DNA of 62,966 bases, filler included, from Reticulomyxa filosa (lineage: Eukaryota; Protista; Foraminifera), in the NCBI GenBank assembly GCA_000512085.1. It is 20 parts of 20 records of this genome, joined end to end, with 100 filler letters (N's around TTAATTAATTAA, not from the genome) between each part and the next. Parts side by side here need not be neighbours in the genome. Positions count along the whole stretch, not along the records: positions 23,541 to 34,425 come from ASPP01015901.1; positions 34,526 to 36,726 come from ASPP01011216.1; positions 36,827 to 47,327 come from ASPP01001449.1; 17 more parts are not named here. The stretch is one strand, 5' to 3'. The notes below the pieces were generated by a model. That model was not told the DNA's origin and did no database searches. It worked only from the letters and a program-made list of their open reading frames with translations. Below are positions 26,421 through 38,384 of this stretch, one piece after another. Position numbers and translations under genes: made by a program. Every line of letters starts with the position of its first letter. Within the stretch, counting starts at the first letter, position 1.

Positions 26421-29400
26421 ATGGCCAGCCAGAAAAAAATGATTGAAGAGTATACTTTGGAGGAAATAAGTTTTGGTGATATATCCGAAGTAAAAGATGA
26501 AACAACGAGTATAAACAAAGAAACCGAAACAAAAGAAAAGCTGAAAGGATATTACAAATCTAAAGACAAGTTGATCCCCCTGTTTGACGATCATGACCAA
26601 TCCATTGATACTTGTTACATTCGATTGGTTCTTTTAAGCCAACAGCAACTCAATGAAGGAAAACAGCAAATACAAGATAAAACAGTAAACAAAGAGAAAA
26701 TGAAAAAAAGCGAGGAGAACGAAGCATGGCCAAATACATTGGACTATTCATTGATGCATACCAGCAAACAAGGAACAATGGAATTGCAAGACATTTGGAA
26801 AGATGAAGAGAATGAATCGATACGTGTCGTCACATTAGTATTCGTGGAGAAGCCGGGAGTGGGAAGAGTGTATTAGCGCAAAGAATTGCATATTTATGGG
26901 CAAAAGATGGAATGTGGAGTGATCAATTTCAATGGCTGTTGCATATTCCTTTGAGAAAAATTGTCAGTATTTTTGATGATGAAAAGGATAGCAAGAGCGA
27001 TATCAATATGGAAAGTAAATGGTCGAAAATAATGAATGAATTGAGTATTCCACAATGGAATGCAAGTGATACAAAATGTGTAATGCGTTGTATGAATGGA
27101 TTGTTATTGTTATTGGATGGATTTGATGAAATTGCAAACCAAGTCCATAAAAGCAGTGGTCTAAGACAATGGTTGCAATATTGCACTGCAGACAGCAATA
27201 ACTGTCATGTGATAATAACAAGTCGTCCGAATGCAATGTGTTCTTATCTAAATAATCCAAGAATGTTGAATGTGATTGGATTTCAATCACAGGATATTCA
27301 CAATTATGTGCGAGCGTATTTCCAAAATATGATAAGTGGAGATAATTATGACAATGGCAAGTATCACGCAGATTTGCTAATTCAAAAATTGAGCAACAAT
27401 CCGAGCTTGAAATTGTTAAGTCACACACCTTTGTATTTGCGCTTGTTTTGTTACTTGGTAAGACAACAAATCAAGGAAACGAAGGAGGAAGAGAAAGAGA
27501 GTAAATCATCACTGGATAAATTGGACAACATTTCACTTTCAAAATTGTATCAAACATTATTGGAAAGTTATATGCAATGGAATTGGATTAAATTAAATGG
27601 AACAAAAAGCAAATCAAATGAACAATCCATGTTTGGCTTTTTTGCAATGGAAATTGATTATTTGTCACAACTTGCTTGGGAAGGATTGAGACATGGACAG
27701 GCTGTCATTTCTTGTGAAATACAACAAAGGATATTAGATATTATTAAATCAAAGTATCCCCGCAAACATATTTCGGAAATTTCTCAATGGTCTCGAATCA
27801 ATTCATTTGGATTTTTGCAAGGACAAGAATCTGTCAATTCAACACATCCAATGGACTCTGTGTATTTCCCTCATTTGACATTTCAGGAGTGGCTTGCTGC
27901 CTATTATTTGGTCCATTGCTTGTATCGACCTGTTGGAACAAACGATCATCAGAAAGTGCGGTCTGTTTTAATCAATAAATCACTCACTCCAAAATTTTCT
28001 GTAATGATACCATTTATGGCTGGAATATTATATGATAATATCCAAAATGAAAAAAGCCCATCGGCATCTGGCTTGTTGTATTTTTGGAAATTGTTGCATT
28101 TGTTACCATCTCAAGTCACTCCTGTTCATCAAATGATGTTACATATGCGTTGTCTGGACGCTTGTAAAGCAGATACAGATAGTCCATTTCTTCCATCTCA
28201 ACTCCGAAATTGCCACGAAATGCTCATTGCCTCTTTCAAATCATTGCTTGTCGCCTGGATCAATTTTGACAAGGATATTGGCTATGTATATTACAAAAAC
28301 TATTATGGATCGTATACGCGGACCACGAACAGACCCATGGACAATGTGATGGAATTGTATTTACCCAATTTCCGTCATCTCCTTATTCATCCAGTCATCC
28401 ACATGTGCATTATCGACCAAATTAAGTTATTCCAAAAACAATGGAGTGTAACCATTGATAATCATGGATTAATAAAAGATAGGCTCTATCTATTAACATG
28501 CTTGTGTATCTCCACAGAGACTGTAAACATTGTTGTACAGTGTTTTAAAGAGACATTGAGCTCTCTTTATCCTATTAACCGACGCATGTGCGAAGAGGCA
28601 TTATTGGCAGTGGGAATGAAATTGAAAGAAGACCAATTGGACATCATTGTAAAATTTTTGCTAGATGGGTTCCACGATAAAAGCGCGCATTCAATATATG
28701 TAGGATCACTTGAAAAAATGGCATTGAATTTGAATGAGAGACAATTGAGTGGTATTTTTGAGCAATTGATGAATGAATGGAACAGCAACAAAATACATTT
28801 TTGCAGCGCGTGTGCATCTACACTAGCAACAATTGCAGTAAAGTTGGGCGGAAGACAATTGGACGACGCCTACCAATATTTAACAAACAGACTACATAAC
28901 AATGATGAAACGAACTTTTGCACATGTGCAAGCTCGCTCGGAAAAATTGCAATGACACTGAATGAGAAGCAATTCAATGATGCGTTCATGATTTTGAAAA
29001 CTGGTTTCACAAAACAAGATGAAGAAATTCGTAGAACATGTGCAACAATTCTGGATCAACTTTCATCGAAGTTGAATGAGAGACAATTGAATGATGCCTC
29101 CCAATGTTTGATGAATGAAGTAAAAAGTGAAGGCAAGTACTATTATTGGGAATACATCGCAGCACTTGGAAAAATCGTGACGAAATTAAATGGAACACGG
29201 TTTGATGAAGTCATGGCCTATTTGAAACAAACGTTGAGAGATAAAGATAAATGCGAGTACACTCGTAAAGAATGTGCACAAGCACTTGAATTGCTTGGTA
29301 TGCAATCAGATAAAGTACAAATTGACGATATTTTCAAATGTCTAACAAACATGTTGAAAGATAATGAGAAATATGTTCGTCAATCATGTGCCGATGCTAT

Positions 29401-32400
29401 TGCAAATCTATCCTCCAAATTGAATGAAATGCAATGCGATATTCTTGTGGAATGTATTGTTGATGGATTTAGCAATAAAAATGGATACTGTTGTCAAATA
29501 TCAGAACGTCTGGTGAATGCAATGGCAATGCAATTGAACGAGAAGCAGCTTTGTGATCTTTTTGCCACTTTGATAGATGACTCCAAACATTCCAATGACG
29601 ATGTCTGTAAATCGTGTGCAATATCGATTGGCAAACTCGCTGTCAAGTTCAATCCAAAACAATTCGACAATGCCTGTCAATGGTTGAAGAGCAAATTGCA
29701 AGACGAAGATAGAGTCACAGATGGAACAGTTCGTAGCTCATGTGCAGAAGCGCTTTCAGAAATGGCAAAACGATGCAATGCAAAACAATTGGATGATATC
29801 TGCAGCTGTCTTTTGCATGGCATGCAGGATACACATTGGCTTGTTCGTGGATCATGTGCAGCAGCAATTGAAAACATTGCAATACAATTGAATGAAAAAC
29901 AATTGGATGATGCTATGAACTGCTTAAAGCGTGGATGTAATAATGAAGATCTGTATTCTCGAATATCGTGCGTAAGAGCATTTGGTGGAGTCATACTTGG
30001 AGAATTGAAAAGTACGCAATTGTATTTCGCTGTAAGCGAGTTGCTGCAGCTATTAAAATGTCAAAATACTTTTGTCTGTGAAATTGCAAACAAAGTACTA
30101 TCGACAATGTCCGAGGACATATGGAGACTTGTGACAATTGAAACTTTGAGAGAAAATATGGATCTAAAACTGATCATGCAACTGGAAAGAAAAGAACAGG
30201 GACAACAACCGACAGAAAAGACATCAGTAAGAAAAGCATCAAGTTCCGTTTGGGAATGGTTTTTTGGTAATACAAAAGAAAGAGTTGAACAAAAACAAGC
30301 ACTTGAAACAAAAGTAATGAACAACAATCTTGAAATGAAAAGACTAGCTTTTGCCTTATCGGTGTTCAATCCTCGTATTCAATTCAGTTTCAATGATAAT
30401 ATCAGTCCAGATGCTTTCAATGAGTTAATACATTTGTGCAATGAACAGGCATTTGAATGGGATTTCCCAACTGAACATAAGTGGAGTGATTATAATAATA
30501 TTCCATATCCTCAGTTGAGCAATGACGAAATAATCTTGCAATCACAGCAACTTTTCAAGGATAATAAATGCCAAGGACATTACAACGCCATTCATAAAGC
30601 AGCGCAGTCGGGGGACATCTCACAATTGAAATTTGAATTGCAACAACATCATCATATTGACATCAATAATTCATTTAATGAATGTGGACAAACTCCATTG
30701 CATTTAGCTATCAATAACAAACATTGGGATACTGTTCGTTATTGTATTGAACAAGGTGCATGGATTGACGTCAGAGAGGACGCTGTAGATATCAAAACAG
30801 CACGAACTCCTTTTGAATATGTAATAGAGCAGACAATGAGAGCAAAAAAAGAAAAGAATGAAAAAGAATATTTTGAGATATTGGAGACGTGCAAATGGAT
30901 ATTGAGAAAACGGACTATGTATCCATTGAAGCGAATTGAATATGCGATTGATTATGTGAAAGATAAAATAATTGATGCAATAAATGATGAAAGCTATGAG
31001 ACATTGTTGCAAGAAGGTGCAACTTTCTTGCTGGGAGTGAATGAGAAAGAATTAAAAGAAACATTAATCCAAAATAATTTATTGTATTGGGCAGCTGGTC
31101 GAAATGTGGTGTCAATTACAGCGGAAAATTCAATTAAAAGAAAATTTGATAAAGGATGGGCTCCAGTACCATTTTTAATTAATCGAATATTTTTGTTATT
31201 TGAAGTATGCGTTCAAATGAAACGAGAAGGAAGACATTTCATTGGATTGCCAAGACGTACAACGACATTTGAACAAGTATATGAAAAAGGGATAAAAGAA
31301 TTGCAAGTGCAATTAACAACATATTGGGATTACATTGTCACCGAGGAATTCAAACATAAATTCCCGAATTTAATTGATGACTGGAGCTGTAATGTGGTGG
31401 ATCGTTTGATGGGTTTAAAACCAATTCCATTGAATTCATGTTGTGAAATAAGTTTGGTGGTTGGTCATGAAGGTCATTGTATTTATTTAAGTTTATGTAA
31501 AACATCTGACTCTATTTTGGTGCGAGTAGACAATCGATGGATGGAAACAGTTCCATCGGATACACCTCATCCAAGAGATGAACATAAATTGATACAGCCT
31601 TATTTGACTGCATATTTCCCATGGAATGGTGCGAACATCGATCAAAATAAAAAATGGTTGAAAGAGTATATCAAAAATGCAACTCAATTGAGAGATAGTA
31701 ATAGCAATATAAGTATGAAACATTTATATTGCAGTGATGGTAATAATAAACAATCACTCAATAATTCTCTTCCTCCTCGTGAGGGAAGTTTGCCATCTGT
31801 TGTGAAACATTGGCCATATCGTCCAATTCAAATTGATGCAAACAACTGTTATTTGCGAAGTCACAATGTAGGATATCGAGTTCGCTTAGGTGATGACATT
31901 TATCAATGGTTTCGTAATCAAGAGAGCAAGAGTTTTGTATTTAATAGGAGCAATTACAACGAAGCCATCAATAACAAATCGAGTACCTATGAAAATGCAA
32001 ATTCAGTAAAAGGCGGAAATTCATCAAATACATATTTGTCATCATCTTCAAATCTTCCAACACACTCTGAACTGATGAAATTACTTTCCAAACAATTGAA
32101 AGTTCCATATGACGAAGTGTACAATGGAATAGCGGTAGAGCAAGCTCTTGTTGCAAAAGCAAACATTTATGCGATCCAAAAAGGAGCGTTTTATCGTCGT
32201 GACGAATCAACCAACCAAACTTATTTTCAATTGTATCTCAGCTTAAGTGAACGGTCCCATTTTTATCAAGTTTATCATTCTCAATTTCCCAAACTTATTC
32301 AACACTTCAAAGAAATTGATCAAAATTGGGTCCAATATTTCTTTGATACACATGTCTTTTATTATCAAGTACTCCCTTCGTTGTTTTCGTGTCCTTACGC

Positions 32401-32410
32401 AAGTTTGTGA
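26421..32410 (+). CDS. NLR-like STAND protein: NACHT NTPase, WHD, HEAT repeats, ankyrin repeats and a putative CE-clan-like cysteine protease (about 2000 aa, intronless, one frameshift near 26820)
   Basis: Walker A ISIRGEAGSGKS (about 26835-26870) is in frame with ORF 26912-32410. Walker B LLLLLDGFDE, sensor IITSRP, TPLYL and WHD FPHLTFQEWLAAYY follow. Then 38-aa HEAT repeats (LNEKQLDDA..CL..G..D....VR.SCA.A) and ankyrin GQTPLHLAINNKHWDTVRYCIEQGA. Confidence 0.9.
28530..30120 (+). repeat. Tandem HEAT-repeat array (about 114-nt / 38-aa period, roughly 13 units)
   Basis: ttgaatgagagacaattg recurs at about 28730 and 29072 (3 x 114 nt apart), with variants at about 28958, 29418, 29532 and 29887. 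Confidence 0.85.
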
Positions 32411-32945
32411 TTTTTATTTTTTTATGAATTACTAAATTTTAATCCAAAATTTATCACTCACACTACATATTCCTATCCAAAGCAAAGCAGAGGAAAAAGT
32501 TGACATATTTATAAAATCAACCCTTTTTGTTGAAGGATAAATTAATTAAATTTAAAACAAATAAAACAATATGCAAGGAATGATATAAACAATCAAAATA
32601 TCTTTCATTTAAATAAAAAGGGTTGTTATTTGAGTATCTGTACAACTGTACAAATTTAGAGCAATGAACTTATTCAAGTAATTCAGTAGTGCAAATTTTC
32701 CGATTTTATACAGAAACCACAGAGATGTTTGTTCCACTTTTATAGGCTGAAAGAAATAATGGGCCAAGAGTAATGACATTTTTTGCACATATTATGAAAT
32801 GTCTCAAAAATATGAATTATTGCTAAATCGATGATCAAGATTTACACAGTGACTTGAAAAAGATAATCACTAGACATTCATGTAATTGAAAATTAGAAAC
32901 AAAATTAATACAGTTGTACTGATATTTTTTGATGTCTTTATAAGT

Positions 32946-34131
32946 TTAAACGCATTTTTTGTATACAATAATAGGGCCACTTTCGTCATATTCGCCTTTT
33001 GTAATCCACATTTCTTGAAAAGCGTCGATATTACTCAGGACACTTCCTCCAATCCATGCACCATATTTCCTTTCAGGAGGAGCAATAACTTCAATTTGCG
33101 TCTCAAGCGGAGCTAAAACAGTAAATGTGTTAACAAAGCGTTTTTGGATATTAGGAAACATAGTAGTACCACCACTTAAAACAATATTACGAAATAACTC
33201 TGCACGAATATCGGTGTCGCATTTCATGATACTTTGATAAATCAATGTATCAATTCCTTCGCATTTTTGTTTAATTAAATGAGGTGAAAATAATATTTCA
33301 GAACATTGGAATTGCTCTGATCCAATAGTGATTATTTGTCCATCAGGCAATTCATACCTTTTTCAATATTACTTAATGTCTCTGCTTTCTTTAATTCAGC
33401 TTCATAATCTATTGCAACATATGCAAATTTTTCTTTGATATGACGAGCTATTTCTCCTTCTGTTCTAGTTGCAAATGAATAGCCTTTTTTTGTTAACATT
33501 TTCATCAAATAATCAGTTACATTCTTTCCTGCCAAATTAGATCGTAAAGTACCATGTGGTAACGCATATCCTTCATAAATTGGAATTGAATATGTAGTAC
33601 TATCACCAGCATCTAATACAATTCCAGTTGTTCTTCCACTTGCATATAAACATAATACTGCTTGAATACTTAAATACAATAAAGGAACTCTGAATGTTTC
33701 AAACATAATTTGAGTAATTTTTTCTCTATTCGGTTTAGGAGGAAATGGAACTTCAGTTAACAACACTGCGTGTTGTTCAGGTTGAATACACAGCTCACTG
33801 TTACATTTTGATAAGAAGTATATATTTCTTTTAAAAATGTGAAATTAAGCTTTTTTTTTAACTTATTAAAAATATGATGCCAAATTTGCTCCATGTCATC
33901 CCAATCTGTGATAATACCATATTTAATTGGACATTTTAAGTCCAAAATATCGCTTTTTGTTTGTGCTTCATCACCAATATATACATCTTTTTCAGTCGTT
34001 ACACCTTCATGTTTGGATCTTCCGACAACAGTTGGAAATGCTACTCGCGGAAAATTCTCACCACTAAAACCAGCTTTCATCATTCCACTTCCATTGTCTA
34101 TTACCACATTTCCTATCTCATCTTCATCCAT
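32946..34131 (-). CDS. Divergent actin / actin-like protein; intron 33798-33862; 1-nt frameshift in the A-run near 33360
   Basis: [105 protein letters not shown]. Confidence 0.93.
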
Positions 34132-34525
34132 GATTTTTTGAAAAGCAATAATAACAACAGGAGGATATACAAAAAAAAAAGGTTTAACGTTCATTAAATT
34201 TGATGATTTTAAAAATATGGATGTTAAGAAATTGTGTATTGGTTATGAAAGTATATAAAAAATACGAGTACTATTCAATTTAAAACTCAGTCAAAAAAAA
34301 CTTTTTAATAAAAATCCCATCAATATTATCTTTGAAAGATGGATACAAGTGAAAACAAATGCGAAGAGTCTTTGACTACGGACAACACAATTACCTTTGA
34401 GACTTTAAATTTGAAGAAACATTGGNNNNNNNNNNNNNNNNNNNNNNNNNNNNNNNNNNNNNNNNNNNNTTAATTAATTAANNNNNNNNNNNNNNNNNNN
34501 NNNNNNNNNNNNNNNNNNNNNNNNN

Positions 34526-35121
34526 TAGTTAAGAAAGCACAAGCATCCTCCTCAACAGTAATGACAGAGCCGTTGGAAGTGAACATAACAGTGCAAGTGA
34601 GTCCAACGATCGGACTTGACAAACGTGACATGTCATTCGACATAGCGACGAACAGCAGCAGCAGCAGCAATAGTGGGATTCAAGCAAAAGTGAATGTGGA
34701 AGTGGTAGAAGAGGATGTGGAAGGCTACGAAGGATCGCAAGCAAAAACAATGGTGAGACGCGAGAAAAGTGTGACGACCAAACGGGGAGGAGAAAGAGAA
34801 GGAGAATCCCCCGTAGCAATGCCACAAATATTGAAGCAAGGGTGGCTTTTGAAACAAAGTGCGGTTTTGAAAGTGTGGAAACAAAGATACTTTTTGCTGG
34901 AAAAAGATTGCAAATGGTATTACTTTGAAAACGACCACAGTAGATATTGCAAAGGCATTCTCGACTTGTCTCAATGTACAAAAATCAAATGCGGAGATAA
35001 AACTGACTTTGATATCTTCCTTGATCGCAAGCGCTTTCGATTTATTGCCAAAACTTTGCAAACGCGAGACGAGTGGATTGCACTCATTTCTCAACTTACA
35101 CAATGCGTCATTGAAAATTAA
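34526..35121 (+). CDS. PH-domain protein (C-terminal PH; possibly 5' partial)
   Basis: ILKQGWLLKQSAVLKVWKQRYFLL...YYFE...KGILDLSQC...F.F.A.....RDEWI. Confidence 0.85.
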
Positions 35122-35853
35122 TAACTGTGTTGTTAGTGAGTTGTGAGCTGTTTTTTTTTTTATTATGCCCCCCCGCCCCCCTTTCTCCTCCTCTTTTACT
35201 TTATAAAAATTATTAAGCCAAACATTTAGGTGCTATTTAAGCTACCCAACTACCTCCTCAATATTTATTCATATATTTATTTATATATATACACATATGC
35301 ATTTATGGATTTTTGCTATGATTTGGTTCGTTGAACTTGTGCTGTTAACCTCAATTTCGAAAGCAAATATATACACTTGAATAGTGCTGAAGGGAAACAT
35401 ATTGACATATCAGCCTTGGGTCGGCTTGTGGCTTTTTTTATTGTTATTTTCATTTCTACTTTTGTTTGATGGTCTTTTCGCCTCCTTTACGCTTTAGAGT
35501 GTGCAAATGATTAGAAATTTTTAATCTTAATATTGAGTGTCATTAGATTTGTTTGTTTTTTTGTTAAGAGACATGTGAAATTTCTCTATTAACATCGCAT
35601 GTCATTTTCTTCTGTTTTCCTCCATTTTATTCTTTATTTAAGCTTTTATGAACATTCCAAAAAAAAACTGCTTCCCGTTTACAACCCACAAACAATAAGA
35701 CATGAAATATAACTTGGAACACAACCCATTGAAAACAATGTACAAATAAAAATTTAGTGTTAGCTTAGGACAAATTGGTCCACTACGAAGTTTTTTTTTT
35801 GGTATGATTGTGCCGCAAGATAAGCAAAAAAAACTTGGAAATAAAAAAAAATA

Positions 35854-36708
35854 ATGTCATTTGAAGATAGAAAAGTAAGTAAAGAGCGAATAAAGCCGAG
35901 TTTGGAAGATGTATATGGGAAAGGCTCTTCGCGTCGTATGGAAGGGTATGGGAATGGAAACTTGAGCCCAGGAAGAGGTAATTTGAGTATCCCGGACAAG
36001 AGCTACCGAAGTTCAATCGGAGCGTCCAAGATAGGATTGGCATCATCTCGCTTGTCCTCTCTGGGTCAACTTCCAACGAATGTGTCATTACCAGCGGCGT
36101 GGTTCCATCCGACATACAGTGTATTTAGCAAGATCGGAATGGAAGCCATGATGCAATCGTTTGAGCAAAAGCGAGCAACAGCACAAAAGAGCAGTGGCAC
36201 CAGCAATCAGAAGCGCCCTCAGTTGGGGGCCATTAGTCCAAAAAAGTCAAAGTCGAATTTGGACACAAATGGAAGCGAAGATGAAAATGATGACATTGTC
36301 ACAGTTTCACCAAAGACAGTTTCACCAACATTGCAAGAGCGTGTCAGCAATGGCAATATTAAGATCAGCAGTAGCACAACAAGCAATACAAACAATAACA
36401 ATAGCAATAACAATAACAATAATGGTAATAGCAATAGTAATAACAATAGTAATACAAATAATAACAATATCAAAAGCAACAGCAAATGTGGAATGTTTGG
36501 AATGTTTTTGAAGCCAAATGACATGAGCGAAGAAGACTGGATTATACACATCCTTGAGTTTGAAGCGAGCGGCGAGTGGGTTGAGGCAAGGGAGTCATTG
36601 TCCGGTCGTATTTTGTGGTTTAACTCGAAGTCTTTTCGCATTGTCTTTGACAACCCACCGCCAGGAGTAAGTCCTGTTTCCGCTACGGTGGTGGCAAAAA
36701 CAGTTTAA
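35854..36708 (+). CDS. Hypothetical Ser/Asn-rich protein with a C-terminal WW-like domain
   Basis: 284-aa ORF. GEWVEARESLSGRILWFNSKSFRIVFDNPP fits a WW pattern with the second Trp replaced by Phe. Confidence 0.65.
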   Translation: MSFEDRKVSKERIKPSLEDVYGKGSSRRMEGYGNGNLSPGRGNLSIPDKSYRSSIGASKIGLASSRLSSLGQLPTNVSLPAAWFHPTYSVFSKIGMEAMMQSFEQKRATAQKSSGTSNQKRPQLGAISPKKSKSNLDTNGSEDENDDIVTVSPKTVSPTLQERVSNGNIKISSSTTSNTNNNNSNNNNNNGNSNSNNNSNTNNNNIKSNSKCGMFGMFLKPNDMSEEDWIIHILEFEASGEWVEARESLSGRILWFNSKSFRIVFDNPPPGVSPVSATVVAKTV

Positions 36709-36859
36709 CAAAAAAAAAAAAAAAAANNNNNNNNNNNNNNNNNNNNNNNNNNNNNNNNNNNNNNNNNNNNTTAATTAATTAANNNNNNNNNNNNNNNNNN
36801 NNNNNNNNNNNNNNNNNNNNNNNNNNTTTTTGTGGTAAGATTGTTTTTAATGAAAATTA

Positions 36860-37235
36860 CCATTTAGTTAAAGTACTTTTTGCGTTGTGTACTGCTTGTA
36901 TTTCTTTGGCATTGATTTTGTTAAGTTTATGCATATTTCTTTGTCATTTTTTTCTATTTTAATGTAAATTGTTTCAGTAGTTCTTCTTTTGATCCGAATG
37001 ATCCATTTTTGAATAGTTTCGTTTTCACTATGTTCAGGTCTGGAGAATTTGGAGTGAAATTCAATACTTTGATAGCGTTTGTTCAAACTATTTTTTTGCT
37101 ATAATTTCTGTGTGGCTGGTGGCATTATCTTGATGAAACATTTAATTTTCATTATCTTCTAAACCCCAATTAATGCTTTTGAGCATTTCATCAACTAAAA
37201 TTTCTTAGTAAACATATGCGTTGACACATCAACTA
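36860..37235 (-). mobile_element. Tc1/mariner transposase remnant (C-terminal half of the DDE domain)
   Basis: The reverse strand reads ILVDEMLKSINWGLE..MFHQDNATSHT, AIKVLNFTPNSPDLN and NLTKSMPK.IQAVHNAK...TKW*, with stops and frameshifts. Confidence 0.85.
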
Positions 37236-38384
37236 ATGTTAGGTCTTAACACTCAAGAACAAGACCACACGATTATGCTTCCAATATCAATTTGATATTT
37301 TTATGATGAACGTCAGTTTCGGTTTACGCACACATTTATGACTTACACAAAATTGTTTTGTAACTCTGCGCAAACTCCAGCACTGACGCAACAGCTCAAT
37401 AGCAAGTCTTTTGTTCAAATTCTCAAAAAAAATTAAAAAACTCAAATATTGAACTACATTGAACTAAAAAAAAAAGAAAAGAAAAATAAAAGATAAAATA
37501 TTGAAATAATTAGGAAAGATGTAATAAAAAACCAAAATGATATTTAAAAAGTACACAATTTGTAGATATTTTTTTAAAAAAAAATTAGGTCTGAATGTTG
37601 TTTTTTCATGTAGAAAATCAATCATTTATATAAGGTACCGTTTTATGTGTCAACTTTACTTTGCTATAAGATATTTTCGATTACAGTATAATGCAAAGTA
37701 TCAGATATATATCAACTCAACGAAGTTGCGCAAACAATAGAACAGCTAGAACATAATGAATAAGCAAAATCGCAAACAAAAATTAGCAACTTTGCTACTA
37801 GCTAGTCAAAATAGAAACACAACAACTTCAAGTACCTTTGATGACTAAGATAGCTATGCTGTTCAATGTTACTGTAATCCCAACTTGCTATATACATGAA
37901 GAAACACAATTATTTTCGCAAGTTGATTGATATCGTACAACATTTGATATTCAATTTGTCTTTTTTATTTTGAAGTTTTAATCAAAACTTAAAATTATGT
38001 TTTTTTAATTGTCGTTGTGTGGGTCCACAGTTTTTGCTTTCTTTTTGCTTTTTTTCTTTTGCTTGTAAAGATTTGCTCTTTTTAACTTGGAAAAAATAAT
38101 TTCTAAAACATTATGCAAACAACTGGTCTTTGCAATCAAAAATGTAAAGCTAACAAAAAAGTGCTAAATGTGCAAACATTTTACAACATTTTTTAGAAAG
38201 TTAAAGCAAAATTATATTTATCATAAGAAAGGGACAGTCACATTGTTAATTCTATATCGGTGATAATTAGATGAAGAATTACATCAAAGGTAAGTTTTGG
38301 CCTGTTGAATAAGAGATTGAAAAAGTAATCCGTCTGATACATTAGAATTTTTGTAAACACAACACGATCCGATAAAAAAAGAAT

